Positions 1-10,037 of a stretch of DNA of 64,000 nucleotides are shown one piece after another. This stretch comes from an uncultured Candidatus Rokubacteria bacterium (lineage in GTDB: Bacteria; Methylomirabilota; Methylomirabilia; Rokubacteriales; CSP1-6). Each line of letters starts with the position of its first letter. The first letter of the stretch is position 1. The notes below the pieces were generated by a model. The model was not told where the DNA came from, searched no databases, and saw nothing but the letters and a program-made list of their open reading frames with translations. Made by a program: the position numbers and the translations under genes. Location: contig CAVWFS010000019.1 of the NCBI GenBank assembly GCA_963754315.1, positions 704,001 through 768,000 on the forward strand, given 5' to 3'.

Positions 1-53
1 CCGCCCGGAAACACGCGTTGAGCCCGCCGCACCAGATCTCCCTGATCGCTCAT
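1..53 (-). CDS. 5' end of a probable class-III aminotransferase (glutamate-1-semialdehyde aminotransferase-like); runs off the window edge
   Basis: Reverse strand: GAGGAG-type RBS, then ATG at 53 reading MSDQGDLVRRAQRVFPGG, like the 'rA..v.PGG' N-terminus of HemL-like enzymes; only 17-18 codons visible. Confidence 0.5.
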   Translation of the reverse strand, partial: MSDQGDLVRRAQRVFPG

Positions 54-80
54 CGTCCTTCTCCTCTCTCGTGTGCCGCT

Positions 81-1091
81 TCAGGCCGCACGCGCATCGG
101 TCACCAAAACCCCCGTACCGGCAAACGAGCCGCGCTTGAGCCCGTCGAGCCCTTGATTGGCGTGGGCCAGGGGAAAGGTCGTCGTGGTCAGTCGGATGGG
201 GATGCGCGCCGCCTCCTCCAGGAGGGCGTCGCCGTCCGCGCGTGTGTTGGCCGTCACCGTGCGAATGGTTCGTTCGAAAAAGAGATCGCGATACTCGAGG
301 ACGGGGATGGGCGACATGTAGATGCCCGCGAGGGCCAGCGTCCCCCCCTTGGCCAGGTTTCGCAGGGCCAGTGGCACCAGGTCGCCAACGGGAGCGAAGA
401 CAATGATCCCGTCAGCCGGCCCCGGCATTGGCTCTGCGAGATCCCCTGTCCAGGCGGCCCCCAGACGCCGTGCGAGGTCGCGGTGCGAGGCTTCGCGTGT
501 GCAGACGTAGATCTCGCATCCACGCGCGCGGGCCACTTGCACCGTCACGTGCGCCGAGGAGCCGAAGCCGTAGACACCAAGTCGCCCGCGAGCCGGCACT
601 GCCGCCATGGTCAGCGCGCGATAGCCGATGATCCCGGCACAGAGCAGTGGAGTCGCTTCCACATCACTGAAGGCGCCCGGAATCGCGTAGGCGAACGACT
701 CCGGCACGGTCGCGTACTCGGCAAAGCCGCCGTCCGCGGTGTACCCGGTGAATTCCGAAGCGTCGCAGAGATTCTCCCGTCCGGCCCGACAGGCTTCACA
801 GCTTCTGCACGTCCGGCGCAACCAGGCGATCCCGACACGCTCACCAGGGCGAAATCGCGTCACTCGCGTGCCCACGCGCTCCACGCGGCCGACCGCCTGG
901 TGGCCTGGGATAACCGGCACGCGTCGCAGGGGCAACTCTCCCTCGACAATGTGAAGATCGGTACGGCAGATGCCGCAGGCGGCGACTCGGACGAGCAGCT
1001 CGTCGGCAGCCGGCTCCGGTACGTTCACGCGCGCGGAAGCCAGCGGATGGGTGCCGATGGGCCCCTGGGCTCGCAGGACCATGGCGTGCAC
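81..1091 (-). CDS. Zinc-dependent alcohol dehydrogenase family protein
   Basis: CGICRTDLH, PGHQ, structural Zn motif CRSCEACRAGRENLC, GFGSSAH nucleotide-binding loop. Confidence 0.92.
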   Translation of the reverse strand: MHAMVLRAQGPIGTHPLASARVNVPEPAADELLVRVAACGICRTDLHIVEGELPLRRVPVIPGHQAVGRVERVGTRVTRFRPGERVGIAWLRRTCRSCEACRAGRENLCDASEFTGYTADGGFAEYATVPESFAYAIPGAFSDVEATPLLCAGIIGYRALTMAAVPARGRLGVYGFGSSAHVTVQVARARGCEIYVCTREASHRDLARRLGAAWTGDLAEPMPGPADGIIVFAPVGDLVPLALRNLAKGGTLALAGIYMSPIPVLEYRDLFFERTIRTVTANTRADGDALLEEAARIPIRLTTTTFPLAHANQGLDGLKRGSFAGTGVLVTDARAA

Positions 1092-1098
1092 GCGAATC

Positions 1099-1993
1099 TC
1101 AACCGCCAGCCCGAGCCACGATACTCCGCGCCCGGGTCAGATGGGGGGCGTCCACCATGTGTCCCTTGTACCTGAAGGCGTAGATTCCCCGCTGGGCGTG
1201 TACGCTCGAAGGCCTCAACGAGCGCGCGGGCATCCTCGACATCCTCGGCCGACGGGGTGAAAACCTCGTTGATGACGGCGATCTGCCCCGGATGGATCGA
1301 GATCTTCCCGGCGAAGCCCATGGCCACACCCTCTTGGCATTCGCGCCGCAGACCGTCGAGATCGGCGATGTCGGTGAAGACGGAGTCAATGGCCTGGATG
1401 CTGGCGGCGGATGCCGTCACCGCGCACATCACCCGGGCGTAACGCGGAATATCCAGCAAGCAGCCCGCGGCGTCACGCACCCGACCAAGTCCCATGGCCG
1501 CCCCGAGATCCTCCACGCCCCAGCTGCTGGCGACGATCCGGGGGCTGGCTGCCGTCGTCTCTCGGATATTGAGCAGCCCCTCTGCCGTTTCGGTGGCGAT
1601 AAGGAGGAGCTTGGTGCTCCCGTTCGCGATCCCGTGCTGGTGCTCAAGCCGATCCAGCAGATGGGCGATCTCCCGGACGTCGGAGGCACGATTCGGCTTG
1701 GGCACCAGATAGCCATCGGGGCGGGCGGCGATGGTTTCGGCGAGGTCAGCTTGGCCGAGTCCTGTGGCGAGCGGGTTCATCCGGACCCAGCGCTCGCGGC
1801 CACCGAAATCCAGCTCGCGCAGCCAGCGGGCCACGATGGGACGGGTGGCCGCCTTGCGATCCGGGGGAACGGCGTCCTCCAGGTCGAGAATCAGCCCATC
1901 GGCGGGGAGCGTCAGGGCCTTGGCCATCATCCTGTCCTGACCTCCGGGGACAAAGTGCAGGGAACGCCGGCGACGCGCTGCCGACGGCATCAT
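1099..1993 (-). CDS. CitE/HpcH-HpaI family CoA-ester lyase (one +1 frameshift near 1201)
   Basis: [26 protein letters not shown]; the C-terminus GHMVDAPHL continues in the frame of ORF 1099..1389; start overlaps the MaoC stop (ATGA). Confidence 0.85.
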
Positions 1994-2442
1994 GCCGTGC
2001 GCTTGCGCATCATGGCCAGCCGCCGTGTGCGCATGACAACCTCGCCGTGCTGGTTTCGGGCGAGGTGCTCGAAGGTGACGATGCCCCACTGCGGACGCGA
2101 CTTGGACTCGCGCTTGTCGACGACAGTCGTTTCCGCGTAGATCGTGTCGCCGTGGAATACGGGCTTCGGGAACTCCACCTTCTCGAAACCGAGATTGCCG
2201 ACGGTGGTCCCCAACGTGGTCTCGCCCACGGAGAGCCCGACGGCGATCCCCAGGGTGAGGAGACTGTTGACGAGCGGCTTGCCGAACTCGGCCTTGGCGG
2301 CCTGGTGAAAGTCGAGGTGGAGCGGTTGCGGGTTCATGGTCATGGTCGTGAAGAACACGTTGTCGGCCTCGGTGATCGTGCGCCCCGGCTGGTGCTCGAA
2401 GCGCTGGCCCACCTCGAGCTCCTCGAAATACTTGCCCGCCAT
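1990..2442 (-). CDS. MaoC-family (R)-specific enoyl-CoA hydratase/dehydratase
   Basis: [40 protein letters not shown]. Confidence 0.92.
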   Translation of the reverse strand: MAGKYFEELEVGQRFEHQPGRTITEADNVFFTTMTMNPQPLHLDFHQAAKAEFGKPLVNSLLTLGIAVGLSVGETTLGTTVGNLGFEKVEFPKPVFHGDTIYAETTVVDKRESKSRPQWGIVTFEHLARNQHGEVVMRTRRLAMMRKRTA

Positions 2443-2517
2443 GCCTCACCTCCGCGCCTAGCCTACCGCCCGGACACGGCCACCGACAAGGGCCGTCCCC
2501 GTGTAGAATGACGGGCC

Positions 2518-3726
2518 ATGGCGGACCGATACGACCTCGCGATCATCGGCGGCGGCATCGTGGGCCTTGCCACTGCGCGCGCCCTCACCGAGCGGGCGCC
2601 GCGGGCAAGCGTGGTCATCCTTGAGAAGGAAGACCATATCGGGGCCCACCAGACAGGACACAACAGCGGCGTCATCCACTCCGGCATCTACTACAAGCCG
2701 GGATCCTACAAGGCGCGACTGTGCGTGGAAGGCAAGAATCTCATGTACGCCTTCTGCGAGCAGCACGGGATCAAGGTGGAGCGATGCGGCAAGGTCATCG
2801 TGGCCACCTCCGACGCCGAGCTACCACGGCTTCAGATGATCTACGAGCGGGGGCAGGCCAACGGCGTGCCCTGCGAGCTGATCGAGGGGGACCGTTTGCG
2901 CGAGCTGGAGCCACGTGCCAATGCCTTGCGCGGCATTCACTCTCCCAGCACGGGAATCATCGACTACAAGGACGTGATGTCGGCCATGAAGGGCGAGCTG
3001 GTGGCGCGGGGCGTGAGCCTGGAGACAGGGGCGCGTGTCATGCAGATCGCCCGCACCCGTGACGGCCTGGTCATTGTCACCCCGCGGCTCACGGTGCGGG
3101 CTAACCACCTCGTCAACTGCGCCGGGCTCCACTCGGACCGGGTGGCCAGGCTCGCGGGAGCAACGCCTGACGTCCAGATCATTCCCTTCCGGGGTGAGTA
3201 CTACATGATCCGGCCCGAGCGCCGGCACCTCGTGCGGACCTTGATCTACCCCGTGCCCGATCCCGAGTTCCCCTTCTTGGGCGTCCACCTGACCAACACC
3301 ATCCATGGTGAGCTGGAGGCGGGACCCAACGCGGTGTTCGCGCTCGCCCGTGAGGGATACGGGTGGGACCGGGTCAACCTCGGCGACCTCGGCGAGACTC
3401 TGCGCTATCCGGGGTTCTGGGCCATGGCCCGGAAGTACTGGAAGATGGGCGGCTTCGAAATGTACCGCTCCCTCAGCAAACCCGCCTTCGTGCGCGCGCT
3501 GCAGCGCCTCGTCCCCGACATCCAGGAAGATGACCTCGCCGGGGGAGGTTCGGGCGTGCGCGCACAGGCTGTGAGCCCGGACGGCTCGCTCGTCGATGAC
3601 TTCCGCATCGTCACCGAGCGCGATGCCGTCCACGTCCTCAACGCCCCGTCGCCCGGCGCTACCGCCTCCCTCGCTATCGGACGTCACATCGCGAGCCTTG
3701 CGGCGGAGACGTTCAGGCTGAACTGA
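2518..3726 (+). CDS. lhgO: L-2-hydroxyglutarate oxidase
   Basis: GGGIVG FAD motif, HQTGHNSGVIHSGIYY, YPVPDP.FPFLGVH, NAPSPGATASLAIG. Confidence 0.92.
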   Translation: MADRYDLAIIGGGIVGLATARALTERAPRASVVILEKEDHIGAHQTGHNSGVIHSGIYYKPGSYKARLCVEGKNLMYAFCEQHGIKVERCGKVIVATSDAELPRLQMIYERGQANGVPCELIEGDRLRELEPRANALRGIHSPSTGIIDYKDVMSAMKGELVARGVSLETGARVMQIARTRDGLVIVTPRLTVRANHLVNCAGLHSDRVARLAGATPDVQIIPFRGEYYMIRPERRHLVRTLIYPVPDPEFPFLGVHLTNTIHGELEAGPNAVFALAREGYGWDRVNLGDLGETLRYPGFWAMARKYWKMGGFEMYRSLSKPAFVRALQRLVPDIQEDDLAGGGSGVRAQAVSPDGSLVDDFRIVTERDAVHVLNAPSPGATASLAIGRHIASLAAETFRLN

Positions 3727-3728
3727 GG

Positions 3729-4511
3729 GTGATCCGCCTCGCCGAGTGCACGTTCATCGAGGCGGCCCGGCTCGCCGCCGATGCACGGAGCGTGGTGCTC
3801 CTGCCCCTGGGTGCCCTCGAGGAGCACGGCCCGCATCTGCCCCTGATGGTTGACTGGCTCGGGGCTGAGGAGATCGCCCGCCGCCTCGGGCCACATCTCA
3901 CCCGGGCCGGCCTCCGTCCGGTTCTCGCGCCAGCCCTACCCTATGGGGCAAGTCCGCTCGCCCGTGGCTTCGCGGGAACCGTCTCGCTTTCCCGAACCAT
4001 CCTCCGCCAAGTCATCGTCGAGATCGTGAAGGGGTTGGTCGGCCACGGCTTTCGCCGCTTCGTGCTCTGCAACTACCAGGCAGACCCCGAACACCTCAAG
4101 GCTATGGCGGGCGCGCGGCGGCTGCTCACGCGCACACCGGGTGTCAGAGTTCTCTTCGCCGGCTTCAGCCCGGACGGGAGCGCGGCCATGGTGCACCCGA
4201 AAGTCACTGCCTTGCTCAGGAGCCCACGACCAGAATTCGAGTGGCACTCTGGAGAGCTGGAAACATCGACCGTCCTGGCCGTAGCTCCCCAGCTCGTCCG
4301 ACGGGGCATCGCGCGCAGGTTACCACCGGTCCGTGTCGACTTCCGGGCCGAACTCCGGCGCCGGGCGCCGAGCTTCAAGGCAATGGATCCGAAGGGGCGC
4401 GGCTATTTCGGCTCGCCGGCGCTTGCCCGGGCAACGACCGGGCAGCGAGCCATGGCGACCCGGACGAGGCTCATCGCTGCCGAGATCGTCACCGCCCTCC
4501 GCGTGCACTGA
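3729..4511 (+). CDS. Creatininase/creatinine amidohydrolase family protein
   Basis: LPLGALEEHGPHLPL.VD and HSGELETS motifs. Confidence 0.85.
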   Translation: MIRLAECTFIEAARLAADARSVVLLPLGALEEHGPHLPLMVDWLGAEEIARRLGPHLTRAGLRPVLAPALPYGASPLARGFAGTVSLSRTILRQVIVEIVKGLVGHGFRRFVLCNYQADPEHLKAMAGARRLLTRTPGVRVLFAGFSPDGSAAMVHPKVTALLRSPRPEFEWHSGELETSTVLAVAPQLVRRGIARRLPPVRVDFRAELRRRAPSFKAMDPKGRGYFGSPALARATTGQRAMATRTRLIAAEIVTALRVH

Positions 4512-4515
4512 AGGC

Positions 4516-5329
4516 GTGTCGCCGGAGCTGGTCACCGACGTCGATGACCCTCGCCTGACCGACTATCGGGATCTGCGCGACGCGGATCACCGCCGTCGCG
4601 GCCTCTTCGTCGTCGAGGGACGGTTTGCCGTCCGCCAGCTCTTACGTGGCCATCGCTTCGCCACGCGCTCCGTCCTCACGACGGAGCCGATGCTGGAGAG
4701 CCTGACGGACCTGTCTGGGGTCAGCACCCGAAGGACCACCGGTGCTCCTGGCCTCTCACGCACTGATCCGACAGGTGGTGGGCTTCAAGTTTCATCGCGG
4801 TTGCCTGGCCATGGGCGAACGGGGCGCCCCGATCTCGACGGCGACCCTCATCGAGCCCGCAGGCCCCAGGTTACTTCTGGTCCTTGAAGCGCTGGTGGAT
4901 CCAGAGAACGTTGGGGCCGTCTTCCGCAATGCTCTAGCCTTCGGCGCCGATGCTGTGCTTCTCTCGCCAGGTTGCGGGGACCCACTCGGTCGCAAGGCCA
5001 TCCGGGCGAGCAGCGGCGGGACCCTACACCTGCCCTTCGCGCTCGTCGATCCATGGCCGGCGGGGCTCACGCCGCTGAGCACGGCCAGCTACGAGATCAT
5101 CGCCCTCGCCCCGGATGGATCGGAGGATCTCCACGCGATCGGGCGTTCCCGCACGGTCACGCCGCGCCTGGCGCTCCTGCTCGGCAACGAGGGCCACGGG
5201 CTCAGCGTCGCTGCCCGTGGCCTCGCCTCCGTCACCGTCCGCATCGCGATGGCCCCCGGCGTCGACTCGCTGAACGTGGCCACCGCGAGCGGCATCGCCC
5301 TGTACGACCTGCAGCGGGTCGGCTGGTAG
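4516..5329 (+). CDS. TrmH/SpoU family RNA 2'-O-methyltransferase (+1 frameshift near 4714)
   Basis: N-part DDPRLTDYRDL..FVVEG in one frame; C-part DPENVGAVFRNA, LLGNEGHGL, VDSLNVATA in the next. Confidence 0.85.
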
Positions 5330-5398
5330 TTCGCGTCGGCCGCGCCGCCTACCTGGCGCGCGGTGGCTGAGCGCCCACCGCGCGGAGGTAGGCGAGGC

Positions 5399-7133
5399 TC
5401 AGGCTTTCTCGACCATGTAGAGGTGCGCCAACATGTCGAAGTAGATGTTCCCCTGCACAACGAGCTCGCCCTGACGGTTCTTCTCGAAGCCACGCACGTT
5501 GGGCTTCGCCGCTGCATAGCGCACGACCCACGCTACGGGAACGTACCCGACTTCAGCCTGGAGTATTTCCTCGGCCTTGGCGTAGTGCTGCATGCGCTTC
5601 TTGGCATCGCGTGTGTCGCGCCCGGCTTCCAGCTCTTTGTCGAAGGCGTCGTTGACCCACGCCTGGCGCTTGCCAGTCGTCTTCTTCCCATAGAACGTGT
5701 CGAAGTACTCGTTGTGCGGGTCTGGATAGTCCATGAACCAACGGATCCATACGAACTGCAGGCTCTGGTTCCAGAGACGCTCGCGGAAGACGCGCTGCTC
5801 GAGCACCTCGAGATCCGTCTTCATGTTCAGATGCTCCAGGAGGACTGCCTGCACCGCCTCCGCGAGAGGTTTGGCTCCATACGCTTCCTCGCGCATGGTC
5901 AGGGTGATCTTGGGCCAGTTCTTGCCTCCCTCGAAAGGTGTGCCTTTCAGCATGGACATGGCCAGCTTCTGGTCGAAGCGCTGGAGATCGCGGGTCTTCT
6001 TGTCGTCGAGGGCGCCTGGGAAGCCGGGCGGAATCATGGCGTGGGCCGGGATGGCGAAGCCCTGCGCGACGCGAACCACGTTCTCGCGGTCGATCGGCGT
6101 GGGAAACCGCCCGCCGCACTTTGATGTTGTCGAAGGGGGGCTTGGTTACTTGCGGCAATAGATACCAGGTACCGGGGAATGGGTACCGGAAGACCTCCTT
6201 GCCGGTACGGGGATTGTCCTGGAGCTGCTTGAGGTCGGCGGTCTGGAGCGAGGTCAGGTCGAGCTCGTTGTTCTCGTACGGCAGCGCCCCCGAGGCCACG
6301 GGAATGATAGGGATGACCACCTTGTCGAGGGTGATGTCCTTCGCATTGAAGAAGTGCTTGTTCTTTCTGAGAACCATGACCTTGTTGTGGTCCCACGTCT
6401 CGAGCACGAAGGGCCCGTTGCACACGATGTTGGCCGCCTCCGTCCACTTGTCCCCATACTTTTCGATCGAGGCCTTGTGCCCGGGCAGGGCGGCCAGATA
6501 GGCGGTGAGAACCGGGAAGTACCCGCGCGGTCCCTCCAAGGTCACCTCGAGCGTCCATTCGTCCTTGGCCTTGACACCCACCTGGCCGGGGTCGGTCACC
6601 TGCTTCTTGTTGAACGCCTCGGCATTCTTGATGTCGTAGAGAAAGGACGAATAGGGAGCAGCGGTGGCTGGGTCCAGCTGGCGCTTCCATGAATACTCGA
6701 AGTCACGGGCGGTGCACGGGCTGCCATCCGACCATTTTGAATCCTTGCGGATGGCGAACGTCCACACCGAGCCATCCGCGTTCGGTGTCACTTTGCTCGC
6801 CACATACGGCACCGGCTCGAAGTCAGCGGTGCATTTCATGAGGCCAGCCCAGAGCGAAGGGACTCCCGAGCAATAGAGATCTTTGTTGAAATCGTGACTC
6901 GACGGATCGTTCTGCCACCATCCGCCCCCGCCCGTGCGAAGAGTCTGGTCTTTGGCGAGCTTCTCGCCGGGGGCGAGCTTGGGTGCCGCACTGGCCGGGC
7001 GCGCGTTGAAGCCAGCCGGACCGAGCGCGGCCAGGGCGGCCGCAATCCTGAGGAACGAGCGCCGGTCCACGCCGACACCGGCGAGCCTTTGCTCGAGCAG
7101 ATCCAGTTGGCGGTCGGAAATATCAGGGGTCAT
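5399..7133 (-). CDS. oppA: Peptide/nickel ABC transporter substrate-binding protein with Tat signal (+1 frameshift near 6095)
   Basis: DRRSFL Tat motif; WSDGSPCTARDFEYSW, NGPF, PFDNIKVRRAVSHA|IDRE; C-terminus in ORF 5399..6079. Confidence 0.88.
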
Positions 7134-7154
7134 GGGAAGGCTCCTTTCGAGAAG

Positions 7155-8129
7155 TCATTTGAGCTTCGGGTCGAGCGCATCGCGCACACCGTCGCCGAGG
7201 AACGTAAAGGACAGCATGGTGATGGCAATGGCAATCGATGGAAACACGCAGAGATGCCAGGCCGAGCGCAGATACTGCTGGCCTTCGCCCACCATCTGCC
7301 CCCAGGAGGGCGTGGGCGGGTTGATGCCGACCCCGATGAAGCTGAGAGCGGCCTCCGTGAAGATCGCCTCCGGGATGCCGAAGGTCACCGCGACGACGAT
7401 GGGGGTCAGCGCGTTGGGCAGGACGTGGCGCAGGAGTACCCGTCCCGATCGCCCGCCCAGAGCCCGCGCACCCTCCACGAACTCTTTGGCCTTGAGGGCC
7501 AGGACCTGCGCGCGGGTCTGGCGGGCGATGCTCACCCACCCAGTGAGGCCGATGGCGATGAAGATGTTGGTGAGCCCGGCCCCGAGCATCGACATGACCA
7601 GGATCACGAAGAGCAGGCGCGGGAACGCGTACATGACGTCGATGAACCGTGTGAGCAGGATGTCGGTCCGCCCTCCCATGAAGCCCGAGAGGGCACCAAT
7701 GGGGACGCCGATGGCGACCACGATGACTTGCGCCCCTAGACCGACGAGCATGGACACTCGAGCCCCGTAGATCATCCTGGAGAGCATGTCGCGGCCGAGG
7801 TTATCGGTCCCCAGGGGATAGTCGCGGGTGGGCGTCTCGTTCAGCCGCCCGAAGTTGGTCTTTGTGTAAGGATAGGGCGCCAGGAAGTCGGCAAAGATCG
7901 CGATCAGGCAAAGCAGAACCACGACTACCCCGCCCACCACAGCCAGCCGATTCCGCAGCAGCCGCCGAAACGCGTCCCGCCACAGACTCGAGGAGCGGAC
8001 TCCCTCCAAGGTGGCCCCGGCCTCGATCGAGCGCGGGCTTTGCCCGCGCAATCCGACGGGGGGAGGTTCGGAAGGGGGGCGCAGCCCCCCTCCGAGCTTA
8101 GTAGCGGATGCGGGGGTCGAGAGCGCCAT
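7155..8129 (-). CDS. oppC: Oligopeptide ABC transporter permease
   Basis: LGTDNLGRDMLSRMIYGARVS, EAA loop, GDGVRDALDPK; likely ATG at 8129 overlapping the oppB 3' end (start uncertain). Confidence 0.9.
   Translation of the reverse strand: MALSTPASATKLGGGLRPPSEPPPVGLRGQSPRSIEAGATLEGVRSSSLWRDAFRRLLRNRLAVVGGVVVVLLCLIAIFADFLAPYPYTKTNFGRLNETPTRDYPLGTDNLGRDMLSRMIYGARVSMLVGLGAQVIVVAIGVPIGALSGFMGGRTDILLTRFIDVMYAFPRLLFVILVMSMLGAGLTNIFIAIGLTGWVSIARQTRAQVLALKAKEFVEGARALGGRSGRVLLRHVLPNALTPIVVAVTFGIPEAIFTEAALSFIGVGINPPTPSWGQMVGEGQQYLRSAWHLCVFPSIAIAITMLSFTFLGDGVRDALDPKLK
8026..8097. repeat. Palindromic double-hairpin element at the oppB/oppC junction
   Basis: GCGCGGGC-TTT-GCCCGCGC hairpin plus TCGGAAGGGGGGCGCAGCCCCCCTCCGA hairpin, joined by a G-run linker. 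Confidence 0.7.
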
Positions 8130-9024
8130 AGGCAAGATCGACGAGCAAGTTCATCAACGCCAGGAAGGCGCCGTAGCTGAGGACCACCGCCATGATCATC
8201 GGGTAGTCCCGACCGGTCATGGAAAGCACGAAGAAGCGGCCCATGCCGGGCACACGAAAGATCGACTCCACGAAGAACGATCCGGTTCCCACCGCCGCGA
8301 ACATGGGACCCAGCAGGGTGACGATCGGGATAAGCGCGTTCTTGAAGGCATGCTTGAGGATGACGGGCGCCTCCCCCAGCCCTTTCGCGCGCGCCGTCAA
8401 GGTGAAGTCCGACCGGATAACCTCCAGCATGCTCGCGCGGGTGAAGCGCGCGATGATCCCCATCGGGGCCAGCGCCAGGGTGATGGTGGGCAGCACCCAG
8501 TTGCGCCAGGAGTCCCAGCCCCCCGTGGGGAAGAGCGGAATAACTAATGAAAATAGGATGATCAGGAACACGGCGAGCACGAAATTGGGAACGGCCACCC
8601 CGAAGGTCGCCAAGGTGACCGAGACGTAATCCCACATGCGGTTCTGGTAGGTAGCCGCCAGGACTCCAAGGCTGATCCCGCCAGCCACGGCAAGGGCAAG
8701 CGCCATGGAGCCGAGGAAGAGCGAGATGGGAAACGTGTCAGACAGAATCTCCCGGACTGTGCGCGTCTTGTACACGAACGAGTTGCCGAAGTCGCCCCGC
8801 ACCGCCTTGCTCACGAAGATCACGAACTGCTCCCAGAGGGGCTTGTCGAGGCCATAGGCGGCAGCCAGGTTCTTCTGGGCCTCCGGGGACAGTGGGTTCG
8901 CGCCTTCGGCAACGGGGTCCAGAGGACTGCCAGGCGTGGCGTGCATGACGAGGAACGTCACGAGCGCCATCGCCAGCAACGTCGGAACCAGCCACAGGAT
9001 GCGCGAGACAGCGTATTGGAGCAC
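8098..9024 (-). CDS. oppB: Oligopeptide ABC transporter permease
   Basis: YGLDKPL, GDFGNS, TARAKGL, RDYP, DPRIRY. Confidence 0.92.
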   Translation of the reverse strand: MLQYAVSRILWLVPTLLAMALVTFLVMHATPGSPLDPVAEGANPLSPEAQKNLAAAYGLDKPLWEQFVIFVSKAVRGDFGNSFVYKTRTVREILSDTFPISLFLGSMALALAVAGGISLGVLAATYQNRMWDYVSVTLATFGVAVPNFVLAVFLIILFSLVIPLFPTGGWDSWRNWVLPTITLALAPMGIIARFTRASMLEVIRSDFTLTARAKGLGEAPVILKHAFKNALIPIVTLLGPMFAAVGTGSFFVESIFRVPGMGRFFVLSMTGRDYPMIMAVVLSYGAFLALMNLLVDLAYGALDPRIRY

Positions 9025-9117
9025 GTGAAGCCTCCCGGCGCCTCCGCGGCGAGGCCCCCACTCGGTACGGGTGCCTTACTATTCAGGGGAAGGCCACGGA
9101 CAGTCAAGTCTGACGGT

Positions 9118-9981
9118 CTACTGCGCCAGCGCCACACAGGCGACGCCGATCAGGACCACCAGCGCCCCTACCAGACGAGGCCTGAAGTTTGCCTCCCCCA
9201 TCAGCAGGCTACCGATCAGGACCGAGAACACGATGGAGCTCTCCCGAGCAGCGACAATGTACCCAACCTTTGCCAGCCGGAATGCAAAGAGAACCAGCAG
9301 GTAGCTGGTCAGGTTCATGCTGGAGGCAAGGACGATCGCCCGCCAGTTCACGCGCCACTCCCGGGCGAGGCTATCCCGTCGGGTGAGCACCCAGGGAGCC
9401 AGCAGTACGCTGATACCGACTCCCATCAAGCTGATATAGGCCAGAGGGTGCACTCGAGCGACTCCCGCCTTGTCGATGACTGAGTACGTTGCAATGGTGA
9501 GCCCGGTGGCGATCGACCAGATGGGGGGTCTCAGAAGGGTGCCCCACACGCTTCCGATGTTTCGGGAGGCTCCCAGCGCGTAGATGGCTACGATGCCGAC
9601 CACGACCAGCGCCACGCCGAGCGCGCCAAGGGCGGACACGCGCTCGCCGAGGAGCGCCAGCGCCAGGACAGGAACCAGCGCCACGCCGAGCCCACGCGCC
9701 ACCGGGTAGACGATCGACAGATCGCCGCTGGCGTACGCGCGCCCCAGCACCCAGAAATAGACAGCGTGAACGACGATCGTGGCCAGAACGAAGAAAGCTC
9801 CGCCTGGCCTCCAGTCTTCGACCAGGATCACCCAGGCCCCGAGGGGCGCCAAAAAGAGGCTCGCCAGAGACACCGAGGACCACAGGAAGACCAGGGGATC
9901 GCGGGCGCTTTTGGCGAGCGCGTTCCAGCCCGCATGGATGAGGGCCGCCGCCAGGACAAGGGCTAGGGCCCTGCCGCTCAT
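9118..9981 (-). CDS. EamA/DMT family transporter
   Basis: AALIHAGWNALAK, GDLSIVYPVARG, about 10 hydrophobic segments. Confidence 0.88.
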   Translation of the reverse strand: MSGRALALVLAAALIHAGWNALAKSARDPLVFLWSSVSLASLFLAPLGAWVILVEDWRPGGAFFVLATIVVHAVYFWVLGRAYASGDLSIVYPVARGLGVALVPVLALALLGERVSALGALGVALVVVGIVAIYALGASRNIGSVWGTLLRPPIWSIATGLTIATYSVIDKAGVARVHPLAYISLMGVGISVLLAPWVLTRRDSLAREWRVNWRAIVLASSMNLTSYLLVLFAFRLAKVGYIVAARESSIVFSVLIGSLLMGEANFRPRLVGALVVLIGVACVALAQ

Positions 9982-9999
9982 GGATCGAAAAACCCTCTA

Positions 10000-10028
10000 T
10001 TGACTGATACTTGCGGATCGTATAGACT
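10000..10028 (+). promoter_or_regulatory. sigma70-like promoter for the DGQHR gene
   Basis: TTGACT (10000-10005), 17 nt, TAGACT (10023-10028); ATG 9 nt downstream, no SD. Confidence 0.65.
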
Positions 10029-10037
10029 TCGAAGCAA

